A DNA stretch of 61,986 nt. It comes from Gemmatimonadota bacterium. GTDB lineage: Bacteria > Gemmatimonadota > Gemmatimonadetes > Palauibacterales > Palauibacteraceae. Below the pieces are notes generated by a model. The model was not told where the DNA came from, did no database searches, and saw nothing but the letters and a program-made list of their open reading frames with translations. The stretch spans positions 1-61,986 of the forward strand of contig JBDHAC010000015.1 in NCBI GenBank assembly GCA_039588275.1, written 5' to 3'. The translations under genes and the position numbers were made by a program. Of the stretch, positions 19,281-28,199 are shown in pieces (within the stretch, counting starts at the first letter, position 1; the number at the start of each line of letters is the position of its first letter).

Positions 19281-19390
19281 CTGCCGTCCTTGGGTTATTC
19301 GCGAGTGAGACTTGCGTGGAGGCCACACCGTTTACCGGTTGGGTATCGGACGTTCCCTGGAGGTGTGATGGGGGAGAGCCCTGCGCAAGG

Positions 19391-19441
19391 AGGCTCGCAC
19401 GAGGAGCCTGATGTGAGGCGCGAGCTCCTTCGTGCGGGCTT
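19391..19441. terminator. Long hairpin at the 3' end of the DUF2203 gene
   Basis: AGGCTCGCACGAGGAGC pairs with GCTCCTTCGTGCGGGCTT (about 17 bp, one bulge, G-U pairs). Confidence 0.5.
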
Positions 19442-20013
19442 CAGGCCGGGTCGACCGCCCCGGGGCTGGGATCCGGTGGAGTGTCCACGTCGACGCTCCG
19501 GCGGGCCGAGTGCCCTTCATCGCTTTGGTGCCAATACCGCACTTCCGGCTCATCCAGCGCCCAGCAAAGGTAGGCCTGGCGCTCGCCCAGCGTGGTCGGA
19601 AAGTGGACGATGCCTCGTTCCAAGCCGTCCAACGGAACCACGATCCCCCGGCCGGTCAGCTCCGCCTCGATGGCCTCTACGATCTCGCGATCGATGGCCA
19701 CGATCGCCCGACGGTACCGGACGTATTCCTCATGGTCGGGGTGCCCGGCCTTCCGCTCCCCGTGGCCGACCTCGTCACCCCATACGGCTTGCAGTTGCTC
19801 GAGTTTCTGTTCGAGACTGCCTGCTGACCGGCGCATCTCGCGAATCCTCACCAGCGCCGTTCGGATGTGCGGTAGAAGGGCGTTGGCCTCCCCCACCGTG
19901 AAGGCTCGCTCCTTGTCCAAAATCTCTCTCTCCAGCGCGGTGACCGTGGCTCCGTCTTCGAGGTGCCGATACCGTCGCACGCACCCATGCTCGCGCGCGT
20001 TTGGAACGATCAC
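19441..20013 (-). CDS. DUF2203-family protein (start may lie downstream)
   Basis: FTVGEANALLP...LERGIVHFP...YLCWALDEPEVRYWH. Confidence 0.8.
   Translation of the reverse strand: MIVPNAREHGCVRRYRHLEDGATVTALEREILDKERAFTVGEANALLPHIRTALVRIREMRRSAGSLEQKLEQLQAVWGDEVGHGERKAGHPDHEEYVRYRRAIVAIDREIVEAIEAELTGRGIVVPLDGLERGIVHFPTTLGERQAYLCWALDEPEVRYWHQSDEGHSARRSVDVDTPPDPSPGAVDPA
19736..19779 (+). repeat. 44-bp exact direct repeat, copy 2
   Basis: Identical to 16500-16543; read antisense inside the DUF2203 gene. Confidence 0.95.
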
Positions 20014-20491
20014 TTAGACCGAGCCTGATCGAAGACGTCACATCGGGATTGGAGGATCGTCAACCCCATAACTCCGGAACCGAGGCATGATGTCCCGGTC
20101 AGAGCTATAATGGCCCGCGTGCATTGGAGACGGCCGCCACCCACACGACCCATGGCGCCGGCTGGGGAAAACGCTCGTAACGTGATTTGCCGTTTTCTGT
20201 TACGGTGCGTTGACGGCCGATGTGCGGGTGCCGCCCTTCGGTGGCGCCGGCTCACCGCATGGAACCTGCCGAGGTCTGTTCGACAAGGACGAGATGTCGA
20301 CCAACCGTTATGGCCGGCCCGTCGTACCTGAAACGCATCGAAAACCCACGCGGCCACCCGCGATGCGGCGGCTTGGCGCGTGGGGCCGCGGTCAGGCATC
20401 CGTACGCCAGGGCGGGACTCTTCGCGACAGCGGGGGACCGCGTCCGACAGTCGCGGCGAGGAGCCCGCCACCCTTATTCGGAGAGACGGTT

Positions 20492-22444
20492 ATGAAACAA
20501 ACGAGGAGAACGTCGCTGGCCGCGACCAGCGCAATCGCGGTCCTCGCCCTCAGTCTCACGTGGGGGTGTGGAGGGGATGCCGGAGAGGCGGAGACGGGCG
20601 AGGTCACCCAGATCGCCGCGCACCCGGGTCAGACGATCTTCGAGCGGAACTGCTTCGCCTGTCACACCATCGGTGAAGGGCTACGCGTGGGTCCCGATCT
20701 CAAGGACATACACCAGCGCCGCGAGCGGGAGTGGCTCGAGCGGTGGGTCGCCGATCCGCTCGGCATGTCCGAGACGGACTCGATCGGACGGGAGATCTTC
20801 GCCGAATTCAACAGCGTCCCCATGGCGCCGAGCTTCTTGTCGGAAGAAGAGATCGGACAGGTCCTGGACTACGTGCAGCTCGTCAGCACGGGTGAGCTGG
20901 TACCCGCCGCGACCGCGGACGAAGGACCAGTGGAGCTCAGCGAAGAGGAGTTTGCGGAGGGACAGGACATCTTCTTCAACCGGTGCGCCGGGTGCCACGG
21001 CACATTGAGGGCGGGAGCTACCGGTCCGAATATCCAGCCGGAGCGCACCACGCAGATCGGCACGGCGGCCCTCGAGGTGACGCTGGCCCACGGGCTGCCC
21101 GGCGGCATGCCGGCCTGGGGCGACGCCGGGATCCTCTCCGAGGAGGAGATCGCCCTCATGGCGCGCTACGTCCAACTGCCGCCACCGAGCCCGCCCGGAC
21201 GCCCGCTGGAGCAGATCCGGGCCGAATGGGAGCTGCGGATTCCGGTCCAGGATCGCCCGACCGAGCCGATAACGACGCGCAACTGGGAGGATTTCTTCGG
21301 GGTCATCCTGCGCGACGCCGGACAGGTCGCCATCCTCGACGGCAACAGTTACGAGATGATCAAGATCATCGAGACCGGATTCGCCGTGCACATCCTCCGG
21401 TCCTCCTCGTCGGGCCGTTATTTCTACGCCGTCGGTCGCGACGGGCGCCTGACCTTGATCGACCTGTGGTCCGAGGAACCCACCCTGGTCGCCCAGGCGC
21501 AGGGGTGCATCGACGCGCGGAGCGTGGACGCCAGCAAGTACGAGGGATACGAGGATCGCTACGTCATCGAGGGGTGCTACTGGCCAACCCAGTACGTCGT
21601 ATTCGACGGGCTCACGCTCGAGCCGCTCAGCGTGACGAGCGTCGAAGGCTCCGCGTTCGATACGGGTGAGCCGCTGGAGGAGGTCCGGATCGCCGCCATC
21701 GTCGCGTCGCACTTCGATCCCGTGTGGGTGATGGGTCTCAAAGAGTCGGGCCACGTGGGGATCGTGGACTACTCGCAGGAGGGCTTCCCGCTCACGGCCC
21801 GAATCGCGGCGGACCGCTTCCTTCACGATGGCGGCTGGGACCACACGGGGCGTTACTTCCTGATCTCGGCCAACAACCGGGACAAGATGGTGGTGGTCGA
21901 TGTAAGGGAGCAGGAGCTCGTCACGACGTTTCAGGTCGGACACCGGCCGCACCCCGGCCGGGGCGCGAACTGGGTAGACCCCGAATTCGGGTGGGTGAAC
22001 GCGACCATCCACATCGGCCAGGGCCTCCTGTCCATCTACGGCGCCGACCCCGAGAACAACCCCGAGCACGCCTGGAAGGTGGTCCGCGAGCTCCCGCTGG
22101 ATGGCACGGGTAGCCTGTTCATCAAGACCCACCAAAACTCGCCGTGGGTGTGGATGGACATGCCGATGAACAACGATCCGGAAGGAACCCGGAAGATCTG
22201 CGTGTACTCGAAGAGCCGGGGCGAGATCGATCGCTGCTGGCTGGTGGCCGATCACGGCACGGCCGTCCACTTCGAGTACAACCGGGCCGGCGACGAGGTG
22301 TGGGTCTCGGTGTGGGACAAAGAGGGCGAGGTCGTCGTCTACGACGACAAGACCCTGGAGGAAATCATCCGAATCACCGGTGATTGGCTGGTCACGCCGA
22401 CCGGCAAGTTCAACGTGTACAACACGGCACACGACATCTACTGA
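20492..22444 (+). CDS. nirS: Cytochrome cd1 nitrite reductase, lipoprotein with an extra N-terminal cytochrome c domain
   Basis: RBS GGAGAG, ATG 20492; LTWGC lipobox; CFACH and CAGCHGTLRAGATG; GFAVHILR, GCYWP, FLHDGGWD, PHPGRGANW, GSLFIKTH, TPTGKFNVYNT. Confidence 0.92.
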   Translation: MKQTRRTSLAATSAIAVLALSLTWGCGGDAGEAETGEVTQIAAHPGQTIFERNCFACHTIGEGLRVGPDLKDIHQRREREWLERWVADPLGMSETDSIGREIFAEFNSVPMAPSFLSEEEIGQVLDYVQLVSTGELVPAATADEGPVELSEEEFAEGQDIFFNRCAGCHGTLRAGATGPNIQPERTTQIGTAALEVTLAHGLPGGMPAWGDAGILSEEEIALMARYVQLPPPSPPGRPLEQIRAEWELRIPVQDRPTEPITTRNWEDFFGVILRDAGQVAILDGNSYEMIKIIETGFAVHILRSSSSGRYFYAVGRDGRLTLIDLWSEEPTLVAQAQGCIDARSVDASKYEGYEDRYVIEGCYWPTQYVVFDGLTLEPLSVTSVEGSAFDTGEPLEEVRIAAIVASHFDPVWVMGLKESGHVGIVDYSQEGFPLTARIAADRFLHDGGWDHTGRYFLISANNRDKMVVVDVREQELVTTFQVGHRPHPGRGANWVDPEFGWVNATIHIGQGLLSIYGADPENNPEHAWKVVRELPLDGTGSLFIKTHQNSPWVWMDMPMNNDPEGTRKICVYSKSRGEIDRCWLVADHGTAVHFEYNRAGDEVWVSVWDKEGEVVVYDDKTLEEIIRITGDWLVTPTGKFNVYNTAHDIY

Positions 22445-22579
22445 TCTGTGAGCCGGGGCGAGGCTCCGGGCGCCGGTAGCAGCTTTGGCCGGTGCCCGGC
22501 CCCGGCATCCCTCCCTCGAACGGCTCGTTCCGCGATCGGGCACCGGTGCGCCTCGCCGGGCCAGCACAGGAGGAAGCCG

Positions 22580-23791
22580 ATGAAACCGTGCAGGGTTGTC
22601 CTATCCGGGCTCCTGCTCCTGGCGTCCACCTCGTTCGCCATCGCACAGGAGGTCAAGGTCGGCGGCCAACTGCGGCCGCGCGCCGAGTACCGTGACCCCT
22701 TCAGTGGGGGAGCGGGAGATTCCGATGCTTTCGTCTCGACGCGGACGCGGGCGAACGTCACTGCATCGCTGGAGAAGAACGTCACCGTGTTCCTGCAGGT
22801 GCAGGATGTTCGGATATGGGGGGAGGAGACCAACACGCTCACCGATTTCAACGCCGAGAACTTCGACCTGCACCAGGGCTACATAGACGTGCGGTCCGAC
22901 AACGGCCTGCTCCTCGGGCGGGTGGGGAGACAGGAAGTGAACCTCGGCGGGCAACGCCTCGTGGGGGCCGTCGGGTGGACGCAGCAGGGAAGAAGCTTCG
23001 ATGGTCTGCTGTTGAGTGGGGCCGGTGGGTTCGGGGTAGTGAACGTCTTCCTCGCGCAACTGGGGAATGACATAACCCCGGACGTCGACCGCGACGCCCA
23101 GCTGGTGGCCGGATACGGGACCATCGAGGTCGCCGACGACCAGGCGGTCGACCTGTACGCGATCTTCAACCGGGTCGACAACCCCGAGGGCGGCGCGAAC
23201 ACGGACACCGAGCAGACAACGTTCGGGGCTCGCTGGATCGGCGCGGCCGACAACTTCATCTATCGGGCGGAGGGCTCCTTCCAGACGGGCGACCGCGGCG
23301 GTACGGACGTCAGCGCGTACATGTTCGGCGGTCGGCTCGGATACCTGTTCGCCGATGGCAAGGCGACGCTGACCCTATGGTACGACTATCTGTCGGGTGA
23401 TGATGATGCGGATGACGGGAAGACCAAGGTCTTCGACACCCTGTTCGCCACCAACCACAAGTTCTACGGATACGCGGATCTGTTCCTCAACATCCCGGTT
23501 CACACGGCGGGCCAGGGATTGCAGGATCTGGCGTTGAAACTGGCGGTTCGACCTTTGGACGACTGGCGCTTCAGCCTCGACGCGCACTCCTTCCGCCTCG
23601 CGAAGACGGAAGGGTTCGACTCCGGACACCTGGGCGAGGAGATCGACTTCGTCGCCACGTGGACCTACAGCCCCAACCTCTCGATCCAGGGTGGCGCGGC
23701 GTTCCTGCTCCAGGACGACACCTGGGCCGCCATCGGCCGCTTGTCGAAGGACATGACTTGGCTGTACCTGATGATGGATGCGAGATTCTGA
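22580..23791 (+). CDS. Alginate-export-family outer-membrane beta-barrel
   Basis: RBS AGGAGG, ATG 22580; GQLRPRAEYR, DLHQGY, GRQE...QRLVGAVGWTQQGRSFDG, FDTLFATNHKFYGYAD; terminal Phe. Confidence 0.85.
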   Translation: MKPCRVVLSGLLLLASTSFAIAQEVKVGGQLRPRAEYRDPFSGGAGDSDAFVSTRTRANVTASLEKNVTVFLQVQDVRIWGEETNTLTDFNAENFDLHQGYIDVRSDNGLLLGRVGRQEVNLGGQRLVGAVGWTQQGRSFDGLLLSGAGGFGVVNVFLAQLGNDITPDVDRDAQLVAGYGTIEVADDQAVDLYAIFNRVDNPEGGANTDTEQTTFGARWIGAADNFIYRAEGSFQTGDRGGTDVSAYMFGGRLGYLFADGKATLTLWYDYLSGDDDADDGKTKVFDTLFATNHKFYGYADLFLNIPVHTAGQGLQDLALKLAVRPLDDWRFSLDAHSFRLAKTEGFDSGHLGEEIDFVATWTYSPNLSIQGGAAFLLQDDTWAAIGRLSKDMTWLYLMMDARF

Positions 23792-23798
23792 CCGTTAG

Positions 23799-23847
23799 CG
23801 GAAACTCGCCCCGGGGCGTGACGGATCTCGCCCCGGGGCGGCTTCCG
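23799..23847. repeat. Twin palindromic 14-mers forming an intergenic hairpin
   Basis: CTCGCCCCGGGGCG at 23805-23818 and 23827-23840, flanked by CGGAA/TTCCG. Confidence 0.7.
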
Positions 23848-23902
23848 ACTCCCGCTGTACGGACCCCCGCGTCATTCGGGGTTCGTCCCCGAGCCTGACC
23901 AA

Positions 23903-26476
23903 ATGCAAAGACCCGGATTCAGACGTCGCTTCCGCCGGTCGCTGGGCTTTCTGCCGATGCTGCTCGTCGCGGCGTCGTCCACCCAGGCGCAAACGGCCCT
24001 CCTGATCGTGAGCCATGCCGATGATCCCGACTGGGTGGCTCACGTCAGGGCGGCAGCAGCTTCGGTTCAGTGGAATCACGGGCCCGTCGAGGTCGCGTTT
24101 GTGGACGGCAGTGGACCCATGGAGGAAGCGGTCGACGCCGTCCTGGGCGCCCGGGTTGCGGAACGCCCGGCCGCGGCGGTGATCGTCCCGCTCTCCCCGG
24201 ATCGCGGGAAAGATCTGGAGAGTGCGATCCGGGCCGCCGTGGACGGCCGCCCGCACTCCTCGCCGGCGCTCCGCGTGGGGCGTCGGCTGGACGGGTTCCA
24301 GCAAGTCGGCGTCGGTCCGCTCGCTCGCGCCGTGGAGCGGAGCGCCATGACAGCGCTGGCGGCACTGCTGGAGTCGGGCGCAATCGCGGAGCCGGGCGCC
24401 TCCGGGATCGTATATCGCCTCGCCGGCATCAACGTCACCGCCACACGCGAGGCGAGAGAGACGTTCGCGACGCCCCGCCCCGTCACGGTGATCGGGGAGG
24501 CATCGATCCGCGAGAGGGCGCCCGCCAACCCCGCGGACCTGTTCCGAGATATCCCCGGTCTGGATGTCGAAGGCGTTGGAGCGAGCCAGCGGCGGCCCAT
24601 GATCCGGGGCCTGCGCGGCCAACGCGTGCTTCTCCTCGAGAACGGCATCCGCCTGAACAACTCCCGACGCCGGCTCGACTCGGGAGAGCCCCCGGCGATC
24701 TCGGGCGTCTTTGAGCTGGACAGGATCGAGGTCGTGCGCGGCGCCTCTTCGGTGCTGTACGGCTCGGATGCGATCGGAGGTGTGGTGAACCTCATTCCGC
24801 GGCGGCCCCGCTACCCGCTCGCGGGAGCCGACGTGGGCGGAGCGCTCCACTACCGCTACGGCTCCGTCGGGAAGCAGCACGGCGCCTCCGGCCGGGTCGC
24901 CGGTCACGTGGGGCGGCTGGCATTCCTGGCAGGCGCCAGCTATCGGGAGGCGTCGTCCTACGAAGCTCCCGCGGGGAGCTTCGGCGACCTGACCCTGGTC
25001 AGGGACACCGAGGTCAGAGACACGGGGGTGGAGGACCACAACGTGGCCGGGCGTCTCGAATACCGCTTCTCGCCGGGCCACTCGGCGTTCGCCCGATTCG
25101 AGCGCTATCGGGCGCGGGAAGCCGGATTCGGATTGGTCGATCCCGCCGACCTCGGGTCGGCGGGGGCCAGCGTCCAGATCCGATTCCCCGATCAGAAGTT
25201 CGATCGGGTCGTCCTGGGCTACGAGGGTCTCGACATCCGCCAACCCGTCGCGGATCGGGCGAGCGCCACGGCCTACTGGCAGGACAACGAGCGCGAGTTC
25301 GTCACGAGCGTGTTCGCGCCCTTCGATGTGGCCCAGCCGGACGGGCCGGGGGTTCAGATCGAGAGCGCGAACTTCACCGATATCGGCACGTACGGGTTCC
25401 GACTCGAGGCGGCCAAGCTGGTTGGCGGCCGGCACACCCTCACCTACGGAGTGGAGGTGCACCGCGACCGATCGCTGAACACCGATGCCCGCAGCTCCAC
25501 CGTGACCGGGTTCGGCCCCCCGGCCACTACGACCGACAGTACTCCGGCGGTGCCGAACGCCACCCTGCGGAGTGTTGGAGCGTTCGCGCAAGGAGCCCTC
25601 GCTCTAGGTTCCCTCGCCGAGCTGACCCTGGGGCTGCGGTACCAGGACGTACGGGCGAAGACGATCGACACACCCGGACTGGCCGACCCCTTCCCCGCTG
25701 AGGATGAGGCGGACCGAACGCTGGTCGGGACCGCGAACCTGCTGTACCGGCTGACGGACGCGGTCAACCTGGTCGTATCAGTAGGCCGCGGGTTTCGCTC
25801 TCCCAACCTCATCGAGCGCTTCTTCAGCGGCGCGACTCCCGAGGGGACGGGCGTATGGACCCGGAACCCGCGGCTGGGCGCCGAGACGAGCCTCAACTTC
25901 GATCTCGGCGCAAGGGTTCAGACGGCTTCGCTCTACGTGGAAGGATTCGTGTTCCGCAACTTGCTGAAGGACGGGATCCAGCTCGAGCAGACGGACAGCA
26001 TCGCGGACGGGCTCCCGGTGTTCCAGAACGTCAACGTGTCGAAGATGACGATCACTGGCATCGAGCTGACGCTGGGCGCCCAGTTGGGCAAGGGGCTGTC
26101 GCTCGGGGCGGGGTTCACGCATCTGGCGGGAGACAACCCGGACGATGCGGAAGATCCCGTGCTCGAAGGGTATCGAGATCGGGTGCACGCGCACGTCCGC
26201 TATACGGACTCGCGGGATCGGTATTGGGCGGAGTACGAGGTGCGTCACAACGGGAGCACCGACGATGTGGTCCCCGGTCTGAGTCCCGTCGGGGACCTGA
26301 TTCCATCGTTTACGGTTCATGCCGTAAGGGCCGGCGTGAGGCTGTTGAGCCGGCACCGGCTGGGAGTGGCGATCGAGAACCTGTCGAACAGCCTGTACGC
26401 GGAGCCCACCAACGTGGCCTTCTTCCGACCCGAGCCGAAGCGAGGCCTCACGGTCACTTGGACGGCGGAGTTCTGA
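23903..26476 (+). CDS. TonB-dependent receptor (heme/tetrapyrrole-type) with an N-terminal CbiX/SirB-like domain
   Basis: Plug PMIRGLRGQRVLLLENGIR...RIEVVRGASSVLYGSDAIGGVVN; GFRSPNL, NPRLGAETS, ENLSNSLY, terminal Phe; N-terminal LLIVSHA...VEVAFV...VIVPL. Confidence 0.85.
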   Translation: MQRPGFRRRFRRSLGFLPMLLVAASSTQAQTALLIVSHADDPDWVAHVRAAAASVQWNHGPVEVAFVDGSGPMEEAVDAVLGARVAERPAAAVIVPLSPDRGKDLESAIRAAVDGRPHSSPALRVGRRLDGFQQVGVGPLARAVERSAMTALAALLESGAIAEPGASGIVYRLAGINVTATREARETFATPRPVTVIGEASIRERAPANPADLFRDIPGLDVEGVGASQRRPMIRGLRGQRVLLLENGIRLNNSRRRLDSGEPPAISGVFELDRIEVVRGASSVLYGSDAIGGVVNLIPRRPRYPLAGADVGGALHYRYGSVGKQHGASGRVAGHVGRLAFLAGASYREASSYEAPAGSFGDLTLVRDTEVRDTGVEDHNVAGRLEYRFSPGHSAFARFERYRAREAGFGLVDPADLGSAGASVQIRFPDQKFDRVVLGYEGLDIRQPVADRASATAYWQDNEREFVTSVFAPFDVAQPDGPGVQIESANFTDIGTYGFRLEAAKLVGGRHTLTYGVEVHRDRSLNTDARSSTVTGFGPPATTTDSTPAVPNATLRSVGAFAQGALALGSLAELTLGLRYQDVRAKTIDTPGLADPFPAEDEADRTLVGTANLLYRLTDAVNLVVSVGRGFRSPNLIERFFSGATPEGTGVWTRNPRLGAETSLNFDLGARVQTASLYVEGFVFRNLLKDGIQLEQTDSIADGLPVFQNVNVSKMTITGIELTLGAQLGKGLSLGAGFTHLAGDNPDDAEDPVLEGYRDRVHAHVRYTDSRDRYWAEYEVRHNGSTDDVVPGLSPVGDLIPSFTVHAVRAGVRLLSRHRLGVAIENLSNSLYAEPTNVAFFRPEPKRGLTVTWTAEF

Positions 26477-26643
26477 CCGATGCCGAGGGGCGCCCTACGC
26501 ACCGCCCGAGCAGCGCCGTTGCGCCCGAGGCGACCGTTTGTCCACCGCAGTGGCGGCTGGTAATCTGAGTTTGCGGGGCCGAACGGCTCCGCGCGAGCGA
26601 TTCGATTCGAGAGACACTGAACACCGAATACACGAAGAGACCG

Positions 26644-27900
26644 ATGACTACAGCGACGACTTCCATGTACGAGCAGCTCGTCCCGCCGAGCATGGGCGAG
26701 CCGATCACGATGTCGGATGGCAAGCTTCAGGTGCCCGCGCGGCCGATCATCCCTTTCATCGAGGGAGATGGTACGGGCCCCGACATCTGGGCGGCCTCCA
26801 AGACGGTCTTCGACGCAGCCGTGGAGAAGGCGTATGGCGGTGAGCGCGAGATCGCCTGGTTCGAGGTGTACGCCGGCGAAAAAGCGTACGACATGGTCGG
26901 AAGCTGGCTCCCGGACGACACGCTAACGGCGATCAGCCACCACCTGGTCGCGATCAAGGGACCGCTGACGACCCCCGTAGGTGGCGGTTTCCGCTCCCTG
27001 AACGTCACGCTGCGCCAGAAGCTGGATCTGTTCGCCTGTGTCCGGCCCGTGCGGTACTTCGCGGGAGTGCCCTCTCCGGTGAAGCGCCCGGACCTGGTGG
27101 ACATGGTGATCTTCCGCGAGAACACCGAGGACATATACGCGGGGATCGAGTGGCAGGCCGGCACCGAGGAGGTCGAGCGCGTCATCCGTTTCCTGCGGGA
27201 GAGCATGGGAACCAGCACGATCCGCTTCCCGGAGACGAGCTCGATCGGCGTCAAGCCCATCTCCGAGGAAGGCACGAAGCGTCTCGTACGCTCCGCCATC
27301 CGATACGCGCGCGAGCGGGGCTATGCGACCGTCACGCTCGTCCACAAAGGGAACATCATGAAGTTCACCGAGGGCGGGTTTCGTGACTGGGGGTACGAGG
27401 TTGCGAAGGAGGAGTTCGGCGCCGAGGAGTTCGGTGGCGGTCCCTGGTGCAAGACGCCCGACGGCATCGTGGTCAAGGACGTGATCGCGGATGCCTTCCT
27501 CCAACAGATACTCACGCGTCCCGCCGAGTACGACGTGATCGCGACCATGAACCTGAACGGCGACTATATCTCCGACGCGCTGGCCGCGCAGGTCGGAGGA
27601 ATCGGGATCGCCCCCGGCGCCAACATCAACTTCGAGACGGGGCACGCGATCTTCGAGGCCACCCACGGCACGGCGCCGAAATACGCCGGTCAGGACAAGG
27701 TGAACCCCGGCTCGCTGATTCTCTCCGGAGCGATGATGTTCCGGTACCTCGGGTGGTCCGAGGTCGCGGACCTGATCGTTGCGAGCCTCGAGAAGACGAT
27801 CTCCGAGAAGCGGGTGACGTACGATTTTCACCGCTTGACGGAGGGGGCTACGCTGCTCAAGACGAGCGAGTTCGGGCAGGCGATGGTCGCGAATATGTAA
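26644..27900 (+). CDS. icd: NADP-dependent isocitrate dehydrogenase
   Basis: [59 protein letters not shown]. Confidence 0.97.
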   Translation: MTTATTSMYEQLVPPSMGEPITMSDGKLQVPARPIIPFIEGDGTGPDIWAASKTVFDAAVEKAYGGEREIAWFEVYAGEKAYDMVGSWLPDDTLTAISHHLVAIKGPLTTPVGGGFRSLNVTLRQKLDLFACVRPVRYFAGVPSPVKRPDLVDMVIFRENTEDIYAGIEWQAGTEEVERVIRFLRESMGTSTIRFPETSSIGVKPISEEGTKRLVRSAIRYARERGYATVTLVHKGNIMKFTEGGFRDWGYEVAKEEFGAEEFGGGPWCKTPDGIVVKDVIADAFLQQILTRPAEYDVIATMNLNGDYISDALAAQVGGIGIAPGANINFETGHAIFEATHGTAPKYAGQDKVNPGSLILSGAMMFRYLGWSEVADLIVASLEKTISEKRVTYDFHRLTEGATLLKTSEFGQAMVANM

Positions 27901-28199
27901 GCTCGCACCCGCCGTGGATCTCTGCCTCTCGCGACGCGGCGGCGATCCTACTCGAGTCAGTACGGTTCCGCATCCAGCCGGGGATGTGGCCCGGCGGCTC
28001 CCATTCCGTGCACGGTCATGACGAAGGTGACCCTCCGTCTCGCGGTGCTCGGCCCCGTGGTGCACTCGAGCTCCTTGAACATGAGCGGGCGAGCGTGGTA
28101 CTTGTGGACCGAGGTCGAGCCATGAGGATGGTTCTCCCTGCACGGAGCCGCTGCCTGCCTCAAGGGCGAGATGTCCACCTTGCAGACAAGAGGGAAACG

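Noticed and set aside
16500..19779. attL/attR of an integrative element
   Set aside because: No integrase, transposase or tRNA; both repeat copies lie inside intact-looking genes.
20014..20491. FNR/DNR box or riboswitch upstream of nirS
   Set aside because: No convincing TTGAT-N4-ATCAA; an ACCTGCC motif and hairpins are present, but other cobalamin-riboswitch core motifs were not found.
20681..22567. Long antisense ORFs (also 3897-5483, 13773-15728, 23795-25591, 29415-30938)
   Set aside because: Shadow ORFs of high-GC codon usage opposite well-supported genes; no motifs.
27447..28199. Long N-terminal ORF extensions (also 8630, 20210, 36662 and 2272 starts)
   Set aside because: They overlap real genes or are Arg/Pro-rich GC artefacts; internal starts have RBS and/or signal peptides.
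27901..28199. Small gene or ncRNA between icd and the M16 protease
   Set aside because: No ORF with a convincing RBS or protein-like composition, and no recognisable RNA motif.
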